DNA of 64,000 bases from NCBI RefSeq assembly GCF_018977255.1, contig NW_024704743.1, positions 29,018,001-29,082,000 of the forward strand, in the 5' to 3' direction. The DNA is from Callorhinchus milii. Lineage: Eukaryota. The notes under the pieces were generated by a model. The model did not search any database. It saw only the letters and a program-made list of their open reading frames with translations, and was not told the DNA's origin. Shown piece after piece: positions 36,896-49,239 of this stretch (position 1 is its first letter; the number at the start of each line of letters is the position of its first letter). Both the position numbers and the translations under genes were made by a program.

Positions 36896-39112
36896 TACCA
36901 ATGAATTTCCAGCATCCCTGGAATCCAAGCAGTGAAAAGAGCGTTGCACAGGATCGTGAATCTTGGGATCCATCATACGTTGGTTACTAAAAGTTTTTTT
37001 GTTTAGTGTGCAATGTTTTTCCAAAGTTTAAAGTGCTAACGAGCACATATTCAAACAACTTTGCCAAGTCACCTATAATAAACATTTAGCACCAGTTCCT
37101 AGTGAGAAAGTGAGTGAGCCATGGTTTGTTGGTTAGTGCTCTGGTTGGTTGGTTAAGCGCTCTGAGACGCCGTCCAGCATGGAGGGTGCTATATAAATCC
37201 AAGTTGTTGTTGTTGTAGTGTGGTTTAGGATACAGCTGACCAGTAATTCATGGTTAAACAGGCAGAGGGTTAGGGGAGGTTGTGAGAGATGTTTTCTTAC
37301 CCTTAAGGGTTATTATAGGATAACATGCCAAACCAGCAGTGAAGGAGAATCCACAACTTAGAAGGGAATTAGACAAATATTTGAAAAAGAAACATATGAA
37401 AGGGTGATTTGGGGTGGAGAGGGCAGTGTAGTGAATGGTGCTAGTATAAATGTAAATTTATATTGTATTGTCCAGTGAAAGGGATGGAGAGCTCCAACAG
37501 AGAACCAACACACGAAGGTCCAAATGACCCGTGCTTGTAACATTTTGACCGAAGCAGTATGTTGCTTGTGCACAACCCAGGGACACCAGTAAACCTCAAA
37601 CAATGCCTAACGCTGATTTTTTTCTGATCTATACAACTATTACAATTCCTGTATATCATTGCTTGGTGTTTGTTCAAATCCAGTTATGATGCCTACTCAG
37701 GGCACAGATTTGTCAGTAAACATTTTATTTAGAAAGAGAATCAACAGTGAAAAAATACCTAAATTGCAATCCGAAGTGTCCCTTGCAACTATTGGGGTTA
37801 ATTTAAGGAAATGGGGCGAAAATGTGCAGGGTGGTAGCAGAATAGAAATTTCTAAAGTTGGGCACGAGGTGAAGTGGAGGAGAGGTTGATGAGGAAGTAA
37901 GTGGCCTGTCGGATTGAATTGATTTTGGTCATAAGGAACTCCATGACTCCTTACATTTGGATTCAGAAGTGAGAATCAAGAGGGATTAAGGAGCAGGATG
38001 GAGGAAGTAATTAGTGGTGGAAAGGAGTAGGTTATTCTTGGCCTTCAGAGTAATTCTTGTTAGTTCTTGTTAGCTCTTGGGTAGTTTTTGTTATATGATA
38101 ACCTTTATTGATGTCACCATACAAAACAACCAGGTGGTAGTTTTTCAAAGGAATCCAGACCAGTTAAACAGGTGGGCTAAGGAATGTTGATGGATTTTAA
38201 TGTAGATAAAAGTAGGTGTTGGCTGCAGATGAAATGTGAGTGCATAATGAGATGATATTCATTAGAAATGAGAGAAAAGATTTTGACTGTGATCACTGTA
38301 TTGAATAGGCATGGAAAGTATCCAGCTTGTGTAAAGGCTAATTAAATGCTGGGATTATAGGACATACTGTATAGCACTGTATTTCCAGGACATTTCAATT
38401 TAGGCCAAAATATACTATATTAAATGTAATTTTTAAAACACTAATCCTTTGTTAAGGCACTTTTCACATTGGGAGGACATCTCAAAGCACTTCACAGGAG
38501 TTACTGTAAGGGGTAGGGGTTGAGTATTTTCTGGGCATCCATGGCAACCAATATACACACAGTAATTTCTCACAAATAGCCATGAAGTGAATGATAATAA
38601 TAGTCCTTGCATTTGACATAGCATCTTATCACGTCATTGAGGTGTCTCAAAATGTCTCAAAGTGCTTCATAGGTAATATATTGTAAAGTGGATTGACTGT
38701 ATTTTGTGGGCAAAACACATTAAAAATAAAATTAAAATAAATGATCAAATAAAATAAATTTATCTGGGAGATTATTGGTTCGGACATCTGGAGAATTTCC
38801 CTTCTCATTTTTGAGTAGTGTCATGGGATATTTAACATCCACCTGAACAAGCAGATCTTATGGAATAACCTCTAAAAAATTACATCCGGTCTTGTTTGGC
38901 TTCATCAATCACCTTACTGGCATAGTTTTAGAGACTTGCTCGTCCAACTACACATTCTATTCTTCTGGATCCCTCCATCTAAGCCAATAAAGTGACTGGT
39001 GTTAATCTTACTGTTATGGAAGATTTCATTCTTCACCCTTTCATGACCATGATTAGAAACTGCATCTTGGTTCAATTTCACCTGTTATTTTCTGCATATA
39101 AAATAAGGATTC

Positions 39113-39682
39113 TGCACTCCTTGCTTGTCAGCCTCCCCAACTCCGCCCTCCATAGGATGCAGATCATCCAGAAGTCTGCAGCCCATGTCCTCTCCCGCAC
39201 CAGGCTCCATGACCCTATCACCCCCATCCTCGCCTGACTCCCCTGGCTTCCCATCACACAGAGGATACAGTCAAGATCCTGGTCCTCAGCTTCAAAGCCA
39301 TCCATGGCCTCGCTCCCCCCTATCTCTGCAAGCTTCTAACCCCCTATCATTCTGCCCGCTCCCTCCTGTCAGCGGGCTCCAGCCTGCTTCACGTCCCCCA
39401 ACTCGCCCACCCCACCATTGGCGTGCGGGCCTTCTGCCATTCTGCCCCACCATCTGGAATGCCATCCTGCAGTTCCTTCACCTTTCCCCTTCCCTTGCCT
39501 CCTTCAAGACCCATCTTAAGACCCTCCTCTTCGACCGTGCCTTCAATCACTCTGCTTCATCCCCCTGCCTTCCACCCTCCCCAATTCCGACCCCCAGCTC
39601 GAGTCCGAAATACTGACTGTCCACCACCTCGGGACGTGCTCCCGACATGAAAGGCGCTATAACAAATTTTGTTGTTGTCGTT
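39113..39682 (+). mobile_element. L2 LINE 3' fragment (tail type A)
   Basis: Closely matches 4036-4592 (LLVSLPNSALHRMQIIQ..RTRLHDPITP). Confidence 0.92.
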
Positions 39683-39819
39683 GTTGATATATTCCGCTCA
39701 AATCACTAGTCCCTCAATCAGTCAGAAGCATTTTGAAGCAATTTTATCTCTACTAAAAACTTCTGTGAATCCAGTCAAAGTTAAACGTACACACAAATCT
39801 ACTTCTCCTCCTCCAGCTG

Positions 39820-40595
39820 CGTCTCCAGGTCCACCGAGGTTCTGCAGTTTGTCTGGCAGGCATGAGGGCTTGGATGAGCACAAACTTCTTACAACAAAAC
39901 GTCGACAAGTTGGACGCCATACTCCTTGGCTCCCATCAACTTCTTCTATCCTGCGGCTCTGACCTCCTCAACCTCCCCAGCCTATCCCTCAGACTCACTG
40001 AACCAGTGCCCAACCTAGGCATCAGGTTCGACCCACAGCTTACCCCACATACGGTCCCTGACCAGAACCACCTTCCTCCACCTCCGACACATTGCCCGTC
40101 TCTGACCATATCTTAACCCAGATGCAGCTGAAACACTCGTCCATGCGTTCGTCACTCCCGTCTTAAATATTCAAATGCCCTTCCCAGCTCCACCATCCAC
40201 AAAATCCAGTTGATTCAAAACTCCGCCACCTGCATACTCACCCATAATAAATCCATTCCGCCATCACACCAGTTTTAGCCAGGCTCCCCTAGCTCCCTAT
40301 CGCTGAATGGATCAATTTCAAGATCCCCACGCTCGTTTTCAAATCCCTTCATCCCCTTCTCTCTGACCTGCTTACTCCCCAACCCACCTCTTGCTGCCTC
40401 CGCTCGATTGACACCCGCCTCCTACATGTCCCTTGTGCCCTCCGTTCCACTCTTGCTATCCACACTTTCAGCCACTATGCCCCAAAATTCTGGAACACTC
40501 TATCTCTATCCCTCTGCCTTTCCCCTTCCTTCCCCATCTTCAGGTCCCGCCTGAAAAACTTGCTATTCGACCGTGCCTACGCTCATCTCCTCCCC
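39820..40595 (+). mobile_element. L2 LINE fragment, diverged
   Basis: Encodes RAWMSTNFLQQNVDK..ILLGS..NLGIRFDPQL. Confidence 0.85.
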
Positions 40596-41415
40596 ACTGG
40601 AATCTAAGTTGTGTCTTGTGTAGACCATGTGTAAGCATATGTGTACAAAGGGAATTACAAGTGCACTTAATTCTACATTTAACAGCTGACTAAAAGGATT
40701 ACATGTGATTACACATGGTTTACACACCTTTCAAATTAGACCAACCATCTTCTCAGTTGTTAAACATTGTTAAAGGTGTCTCAAAGAAGTTTAATTTCTT
40801 CATTTGAATCAAACACTTATTTTCCCTTCAACAATTCTTAATTCCCTATGAATCCCAAGCCTACCCAAAACCTGAATACTGCTTCCATATATGGCAGCTT
40901 TCTTCCACCTTTACTGGCCTTCCATATGACAGTCAAAATCCTTTGTTTTGTTTCACTCCTCCTTTTGTATCTTTTATTTTTTTCTATGCTTTGTTTTCTT
41001 GCTGTTACAAAGGAATTATTTTATACTGATGTAGTATTGTGCTGCTAGTTGTTATAGTTATGTGTATTATTTATATGCTTGTTTTCCTGCTGTTCAAAAA
41101 GATTACCTTTCCCATGGGAGCTAAGAGAACCCACACTGTGAGAGAAACAGCAACCTTAACCCTAACTGTGTAAACTGCACAGGTCAGTGCAATGCTGGGG
41201 ATGTGCTGCATTGTCGGAGGTACCTTCCTTCCAATGAAATGTTGAATCGAGTCCCATCTGCCTGTTCAAGTGGATGTTAAAGATCCCAGGGCACTATTTA
41301 AAAGAGAAGGAAGCTTCTGCCTGTCTCCTGGCCAACAATCATGCATATAAAATTGATCATTTCACTTTATAACTGTTTGAGGGACATTGTTGTGTGCAAG
41401 TTTGCTGCCGCATTC

Positions 41416-42348
41416 TGTCACGGTTACTCTGTTTTTGCAATCCTTAGTAATATGTAAATAATATATATATCTATATAATATTATTTAAGGGAAATGGGGA
41501 GGCCTGCCACTTTAATTAGATTCTGGTTAAGAAAAAACTTGCAAAAGATTTAGTTGCAGAAGCTGTTTGCAAAAGACTTAGCAAACAGCATACATGAGGT
41601 GCCCAAGTTGAACATTATCTGGGCTCAAGGTTGTTTGATTGACAAGCAGTTAGCAAACAGTCTGGAAAGTCACGTGGACAATCCCGCGGGAAAAAGCCCT
41701 CACAATCTCATCATACGGTGGGTGGAGTCATACTCCTATAAAAAGCAATGCTCAGTGTGCCTGGTGGTCACTGTCTGATGGTCAGACACTGTCTGATGGT
41801 CAGACACTGTCTGATGGTCAGACACTGTCTGATGATCATCCAGGACGTACTGACGTGTACAGGATTACTGTACAAGTCAGGTTGGTTTAATTACTTTATG
41901 TAGTATTGTGCTGCTAGTTGTTATAGTTATGTGTGTTCGTTATACTTGATCCCATTGTTGTATATCTTAAGTTGTTGTATTTCTTATATTACATGTTGAA
42001 TTTTAATACAAGGAAGCGTAGGGTTGCAAGGTCTTAATAAAGATCTATTGTTTTTACCAAATCTATCCTCAAACCTCTGTAATATTCTAAAATAAATAAA
42101 TTACCTCTGTAATATTCGAAAAGGAATAAAGCAGACGTTCTGGCAGTGTGAACAGATTCGAATTTGACGTCCCAGTTACCGGGCATTAGAGTTATCTGGG
42201 AATACCTGTCCAAGTGACTAATTCTGACTCGGTTGCAATACCTTTGAGCAGGGACTCACACTGACAGGATTAGGAAAGAGCAGAGGTTACTCAGTACGTA
42301 AGCATTACTAAAATTCGCAAGTACAACAAGGAGGTGAGAACCGTCGCA
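41416..42348 (+). mobile_element. Solo LTR (933 bp; Gypsy- or ERV-type, family undetermined)
   Basis: TG..CA ends with imperfect inverted repeats TGTCACGGTT and AACCGTCGCA. 4-bp TSD ATTC at 41412-41415 and 42349-42352. TATAAAA at ~41737 and several AATAAA at ~42036-42130. Confidence 0.85.
41769..41834. repeat. 18-bp tandem repeat x3.7 inside the LTR
   Basis: Exact CACTGTCTGATGGTCAGA units. Confidence 0.95.
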
Positions 42349-45300
42349 ATTCACTTACAAACACACAGTCGCTACACTTTACAACAAATGCTCTGAAGTG
42401 CTTTAAGACTGCTCCCTATGCAAAAAGTGTTATGTCAAATGCAAGGAATATTATTATAATTATTACAGAGCCATATTAGTATCACTACAGAATCTGCGTA
42501 ACTCTGTTTCCATTATTGTGAAGATGATTTAAGCTGCATTGTAGCTTACATGTTTTGACAGGATACATCAAAAGATTTGTTTCTATTCAGTGATACTTCT
42601 CTCACTGTTGGTTTGCAATCTTTCTCTCCAGGGGCCTCATGAATTTGTTCTCATCTGATGTCCAAAGATGTAAAATTCCTGCAGAGTCACTGGATAGAGA
42701 TCATGAACAGGAAGCTTGATTGTCTCCTGGGCCACATGCTACTCAGCTAACTCAGTACATCCAGAATTGCAATCGATCTGTAAAGCTCAACTATTCATCA
42801 AATAACCTGTTCTTTATGAAAGATCTGGTAATCTTGATTGATAGATATAGATTCCATTGCTCCTTATTGTAGAGATTTGCCTACAAATACAGTCACTCCA
42901 CTTCACCTTCTGACATGAAAGGCCCAATACCAAATCCAAGTATGATTATTATTACAGATTTAAGAATCCCTAAAATGAAATCTTACTCATGTCTGTGCAG
43001 CATTGTTTCTTTTAATGTTTTATTACATGTTGAATTACACCAAACAGTTACTCTTTACATACACAATTTCTTTCAAAGTTTTAAAAATGACTGCTCATTC
43101 TTAACAAGTCAGATGGGATTGTTCCTGAAAACACAATAGTACATTATATCCAATCTTTTCACTTTTTACTCACAAATCACTCTTGCTCGCTTCCAGACCT
43201 AGTTATCTGCACAGGTGCACGTGCAATAAAAATGTATGTTTCACGCAGGCTAGCTGTCATTATAACCCTTGGGCTATACATAGGTATACAGTATTTGAGT
43301 GCAGTGACCTTTTCTTTTAGAATTTACATGACCTTACCATTGAAGAAGCAATCTAATAATATGGAAAACCATACCAAACATCCAAGCTATGCATATTTTG
43401 ATCAGTTATTCTGGTTTGTCCAGTATTTCGGGTTAAATATTTTCTGTTGTCAGGGGATGAACATTTTTAGTTAATAGTGATCTGACACCACAATCTGAAG
43501 AGAATCTGTGTTCCACCAAGAGCATTGACGTAAAGACAGCTAAATGATGCAGACACGGACTGGCAATATTTGTTCACAGTCTAAAGTTAACTTGTTACAT
43601 AATTCATGTGGAATGTTTTACCCTCACCTCCCTCACTTCACAAACCAGCCAATGCCAAATCCAATAAGCATTGCCAGCTATGAATTAGCAACAACAGCAG
43701 TCTGCTAACCAACTTAATCAATTTACCATTGCTTTCAAGAAAGAAGTCTTGTTCCTTCTCCCCCTCCCCACATACAGGTGCAGTCGACCATAGTCTAGAA
43801 TTGTGTTGTCTGTGTGTAAATTTCGAGGAATGATGAAGGGTTGGATTGTTCTGTCCACAAGAACTTGGTAATACTTGTAATATATATGGGAAAATAGATG
43901 GTCAATTTAAATTAAAATGAAATTGAGACATTTTAATAATGTTACAAATCACAAGGGTAAGGACTGAGCAGGTAATATACTCAGACAGAACTCAGACATT
44001 CAATTCCTGTCTTAGATTTCTGCCAGCCATTCTTTACTCTGTGTGATATATATCAAGTACAGTTTCCGGTTATTACTGATATCAGCTCAATCTCAGCAAC
44101 TTACATTAACTTTGGCTCAGAAGGTTGTGGGTTCAAGTCCCATGTTGACAATAGGGGGTTGTTCAATCCATCATGCTGGTCCCACTCCCTTGCACTTTCC
44201 CCACACTCTTTATTTGTACGTCTAGCATTAGGTGTCAGGACAGAAATACAGTATTGTCATTTTGTCATTTTCTCCTATTATATTTCAACTTGCGTTGCTA
44301 ACCCTATGCTCCTGACCCTAATATTATTGTTCAGTGAAAGCATTTAACTAGCATACCAGTATGCACTGCTTAGTGATTAGGTACTGAATGTGTGTGTGTG
44401 TGTGAGAGGGGGATTGTCCTTCAGCATACCTCTGCACTGAACCAAGAACAGTGTTACCAATAATGTTTTTAAAGATTGTTTCTCCACACTTCATATGCTA
44501 CAATGTGCATTGTCATGTGTGGCATTACTGTGTAAAATTATTGCATTGCCTCAAGTGTGGGAAATTCTAGGAGTATTTTAGCACACATCATGCACGCCAA
44601 GGCAGATTTTTCTTGTGTTACTCTTGTGTTTATCTTTCTTTCCCCAACTCTTATTTTGTTATCTTCCAAAATTGTAGTGAGATTCAGCACTGCACATTTG
44701 GCTCAGTTGATTGCACTCTTCCCTGAAAATTCCCGTATACCACCCCAGGCTCCACTTGCTCCCGGATATATTCCAAGCAGCTTATCAATGTCTTGGCCAG
44801 ATCCTCCCAATTCATTGCACATTCACCCTACGGCTGTTAGTGGGACATTCCTGTGTGCAAAACTACTGCCACATTTGCCTACAAAACAGTCACTATACAT
44901 AACTCCTGAAAAATATTTTTATATGGTCCAATACTACAGTTAATTTATTTCTAGAATGCTGATAATTTATGTTGTATGGTAAAAGTTATGGCTTTTCCAA
45001 ATGTAAACCAAAACCATTTTTAGTCTGCTGAAAGCTCGGATGTTTTGTATTGTAGGTCAACCTCCTGTTCACAGGTGTGTGTATGTGTGTGTATTCACAT
45101 GTGTATACAATATACAGTGTTTTCTGCTACCACATTTATACAAATTAGGGATCGGTGATACAGTCCTGTGCATGAATAATTTTTCTCTTTAGCTTGTTTG
45201 GATCAAACAGTTGAACAAAGAAACTGATCCACCCTGAAACTGTTCTGATAATACTTACATTCATTTCAATGCGCCTGTGTATGAAATTACATCAGCTGCT

Positions 45301-45689
45301 TCCTGTTTCCCAGATTTCACAGTCCTGAATAACAATGACATGAAAGGGATTGTGCCCATTAGCAGATATCATTCTTCCTGCTAAATACCTTCTGATTACT
45401 GTAGTGGTGGGGGAGGGGGAGAGAATTTGGAATGTGATCTGACAAATATTACCAGTGGTAATTATCCTATCACCTATCACTTTGTTTTGCCCTACTATTT
45501 AACATGATATAGCCATATCATTGTATTTGATATATATTTTGATAAGGCAATGAGAGAGACCAGGACCAAACTTTTGGCTGCCGCAGGCTGGATGCCCTCT
45601 TTGAGGAATGTCTGCGGGCCACATAAGCAATATATTTGTGTTTCCCTTCCAGAAACAACAACATTTACACAGTGCCTTACACACTGCCG

Positions 45690-45985
45690 GCTGGACACCT
45701 GAGCTGGGAGTGAGAGCGAGGGAGTTGGAGTGAGGAGGGGAAAGATGACTGAAACTGCAGTCAACGAGTTAGGTCTTGAAGCACCTTGAAAGAGGGAAGG
45801 GAGGGAGCGAGTCAGAGGGACTCCAGAAATGGAGCTCCAGAGAGCGGGAATAAATGGTGATGGTGGAGCAGATGGAATAGAGGGACATGAAGCATGCCGG
45901 TTTTTGTGGCCAAAGGGAATGGCCAGTTCGGGGGATCGCAGAGGTTGGATAGGGAGGAGGAAGTGGGAGAATGAGGGATGTAAAG
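45690..45985 (-). mobile_element. L2 LINE internal fragment
   Basis: Pyrimidine-rich minus strand resembling 2280-2560 of the long L2. Confidence 0.6.
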
Positions 45986-46019
45986 AGTTTTTCACTTGAG
46001 AAAGAGAGAGCTTTCTGTG

Positions 46020-46413
46020 AGGAAACTGTACGGCACGTCACTCAGTTTCTGTCCTCGGACTCCACCTGCGCGGTGAGCGAGAGAGGTTCCGATTGACTGT
46101 CCTGACAGTGAACCACAAAACACTGTCCTCACGTTTCCTCTCTTTTACTGTTCTCTCACTCCTTTTGTTTCTCTCACCCCCTCTCCCTCATGCTCTCTCT
46201 ATCTCTCAATCACTCTCTCTTAGCACAGTCTCTCACGCACACTCTCTCTCCCTCTTTCTCTCAATCAGCCGTACGGATCTAGCAGCGGGAATGACTGCAG
46301 GTCGTGTGACACACTGCAGTAACAGCCGGCATTATTTCTACTCGTGCTGCGTCCTCCCAACCCCTGGCTCTTGCTGCTGCGATGAGAAAACTTTTGCTGG
46401 GGTGCAAGTGAGT
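46020..46413 (+). promoter_or_regulatory. Candidate TATA-less promoter with two short 5' exons
   Basis: Locally CpG-rich. AGGAAA, CACGTCA (CRE-like) and TCAGTT (Inr-like) motifs, donor GCG|gtgagc at 46073, CT tract ending cag at 46268, donor CAA|gtgagt at 46408. Confidence 0.35.
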
Positions 46414-46514
46414 GGGTGAGCGGCCCGAAGTTGGAAATGGTCTTGGGCCAGATTAAATCATCCATCGGGCAGGATGCAACCCATGGGCCACCTGTTGGCC
46501 ACACTAGACTTACC

Positions 46515-46860
46515 ATTGTATTGATATAACTTTACCATGTCATCATAATATGTCAAAGCGTTTCACAGGATCTAAAGATTTTCTTGGCAACCACTCCAGC
46601 CAATGTACGCCTAGTATTGTCCACAAACTATGAAGTGAATGACCAATTTTATTTGGGGAATTTTTGACCAGGACACTGGGAGAAATTTCGTTTTTTTACA
46701 TAGTGCCATGGGCTCTTTAACGTCCACCTGAACAGGTTGATGGGACCTTGGTTTGTATCATCTGAAAAACAGCACCTCCAAAAAATACAGCACACTCCGC
46801 AGTTCCACATTGGAGTATCAGCCTTGGAGCGAAACCAGCTAAAACCGCACAGCTTGTCAC
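46515..46860 (-). mobile_element. Old Deu-domain SINE
   Basis: Plus strand shows ATAGTGCCATGGGCTCTTTAACGTCCACCTGAACAGG. Confidence 0.78.
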
Positions 46861-47249
46861 TCAAAGCACTATCTGACAAGCTTCTCGCTGCTTGTTCTAG
46901 CTAGGACCACCCTACATATTAGCACTATGGGTTGTAGGTCAACAGGACCTAAAAGGGAAGAATCCCTGCCCAAGGCCTGTCTGCCCCTTCAAGTCCTGCT
47001 GATGTAAGGCTGGCTGATTTGTCATCAGGGGAGCTATCAATATTTAATTCTATGCAAGCAGTCTGATTATTTTTATTTTTACTCACAAGCAATAACCACC
47101 ACAAAAACAATTCCTTATCTATCACGAGTGGTGATGGAATTTCTAGGCCTTTTGGATAGAAATGAAAAAGAGAAAAAGAGAAAATGCACAAAATATTTTT
47201 AAAATAATGTACTTAAAATGAGTATAAAGTTACTGATTGTCCAACCTAC

Positions 47250-47540
47250 TCTATGTCCCCCACTCAGCTCGTGCCACAATCAGAGGTCGGGCCTTCAGCC
47301 TCTCTGCCCCACCCTCTGGAACTCCATCCCACGTTCCCTTTGCCTCACTCCCTTTCTTGCTTCCTTCAAGGCATACCTTTTCGACTGTGCTTTCAGCCAC
47401 CCTCCTATCCGTTCTGCCCTACACCCTCCCTGATTCCACCCCGCCCTCCACCCCCCACCACTCGGGTCCTATTCCCTGACTGTTCAGCGCTTTGGGACGT
47501 CCTCTCGCTGTGAAGGGCGCTTTACAAATATAACTTTGTA
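47250..47540 (+). mobile_element. L2 LINE 3' end
   Basis: Encodes GRAFSLSAP.LWNSIP and ends GCGCTTTGGGACGTCC..GTGAAGGGCGCTTTACAAAT. Confidence 0.82.
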
Positions 47541-47848
47541 TTGCATTAAGAGAGAATAAAGTTGAGGGGATATGGGGAAAGCTGTATGTATAGGATCTAG
47601 GTTAGGAACTCATGTAAATGAGCCAAATTGCCTGTTTCTGAGCTGCATGAAGATATGAATCTATCAAACTGCCTTCGTTATTATTTTGGAGCTGTACAGT
47701 ACATACAAAGAAACAGTGGCTGCAAGCTTTGCTGACAATCCATAAACAGAAAGTCATTGTTTTAGCAGTTTAGCAAGAATGTTAACCATGAACTATCATG
47801 ACAAACAAAGTATTGCATTATTCTCCCCTCCCCTGGTTGAATAGTTGT

Positions 47849-48168
47849 GGAGTCCTGTAGCTCAGTGGTTAGAGCACTCGCTTTGCAAGCGAGAGACCTG
47901 AGTTCAATTCCAGGCAGGGCGAAACCTTGGGCAAGTTTCCTTACTCCACACGTCTAATAATAATTCCTCCAAAAACCAAAACAATAATAAATTGGTCATT
48001 TTCAATCCACGACTGTTTGTGGGACATTGCTGTGCGCAAATTGGCTGCCGCGTTCGCCCACAAACATACAGTCAATTCACTTTACAGTATATTCTGGGAA
48101 GCGCTTTGGGACGTCTATAAGACGTGAAAAGCGCTATATCAAATGCAAGGATTATTATTATTATTATT
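47849..48168 (+). mobile_element. tRNA-Ala SINE, short form, full-length
   Basis: Consensus-like from head to tail. Confidence 0.95.
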
Positions 48169-49239
48169 AATTATTTGAAGCATTTAGCAGGAAAAGCCTG
48201 ATCACTGACTCTTTTCTGTTCATAATATGTTGTTTATTGTGTCATTGAGCGTAGATTGGTGCATACAGAGCTCTGGGAGGAACCAACTAGGGCAATTCCC
48301 TGGTGATGTAACTTGAATATTCTGGGATGTCTTACTTTAACTCTCATCCTATTTTGTCAAGTTTGCAGATTTTTCAAACAGGAAAATTTTTGTAAACGGA
48401 TGACAGATTTCCCCAGAAACATTTTGTTCGAATCAGACTGTTTTGCAGAAACGCAGACAATGGAATTGGAATTCCATTCTTGGATCCAAGCTCTGCCTCA
48501 TCCGAATCACACTGCAGGTTTCTTTCCCTCCATCCACCACTTTTCTCCCCTGCTTTCCTGAAGCTCGTGACATGTTCTGTGGTGTGCTCCGTCCTTAGCA
48601 CCTCCCCCGAACAGCCATTCTTGATGAGCGATCTAACACCAAGTTTTAGCAGGTTAGTTAAGCACAGATAAAAGGAGAAGAGGCAGTGGGGCAACAGCAT
48701 CAAAGTTGCCCTTGATTCTGTCCTCATCAGTCGTGTTCACAAACTTGCACTTTTCCAATAAGGTCACTGGATGTGATCCGGAATTAAGGTATTTTTTCAT
48801 TCCTCTTAGCCTGTTAGCCTGGGAAATCTAACACCAACTGAAGCAGACTCAATGCTGTCATTGGTCAGACGTACTCTCACTTCTGTGTCAGGGAGACATT
48901 AATTCCAACCCCACATTGCGACTTAGCCTCAATTTGGGACTTACTCACATCTACATGGATGCACACTCCACATCACAGAGCCAGTGCGAAGCCTGGGTGC
49001 CTTGTTTGACTTCCAACTGTCCTTTAAACCTCACATTCATGCTCTGACTTATTCAGTTTTCCCCTAATTCCATAACAGTGATCACATCCATCACTACCTC
49101 TCCCCTTCGGCCACTGAGACCCTGATTCTTGCATTTGTCACATCCAAGCATGATTACACCAATTCTCCGCTGCTGGTTTACCTGCCTCTTCCTTTCACAA
49201 GCTGCAGACTATCCAGAATTCTGCAGGTCACATTCTAAG

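Larger units (their letters stand above)
41185..42462 (+). mobile_element. Old Deu-domain SINE split by an LTR insertion (41185-41415 and 42349-42462)
   Basis: Deu core GTGGATGTTAAAGATCCCAGGGCACTATT. Sequence breaks at GCTGCCGCATTC and resumes as ACTTACAAACACACAGTC..AAATGCAAGG. Confidence 0.8.

Noticed and set aside
41769..41834. CRISPR-like repeat array
   Set aside because: The units are adjacent with no spacers. It is a tandem repeat inside a eukaryotic LTR.
47849..47922. tRNA-Ala(TGC) gene (and similar heads elsewhere in the window)
   Set aside because: Each head runs straight into the SINE body and tail with an imperfect T-stem, so these are SINE heads and not tRNA genes.
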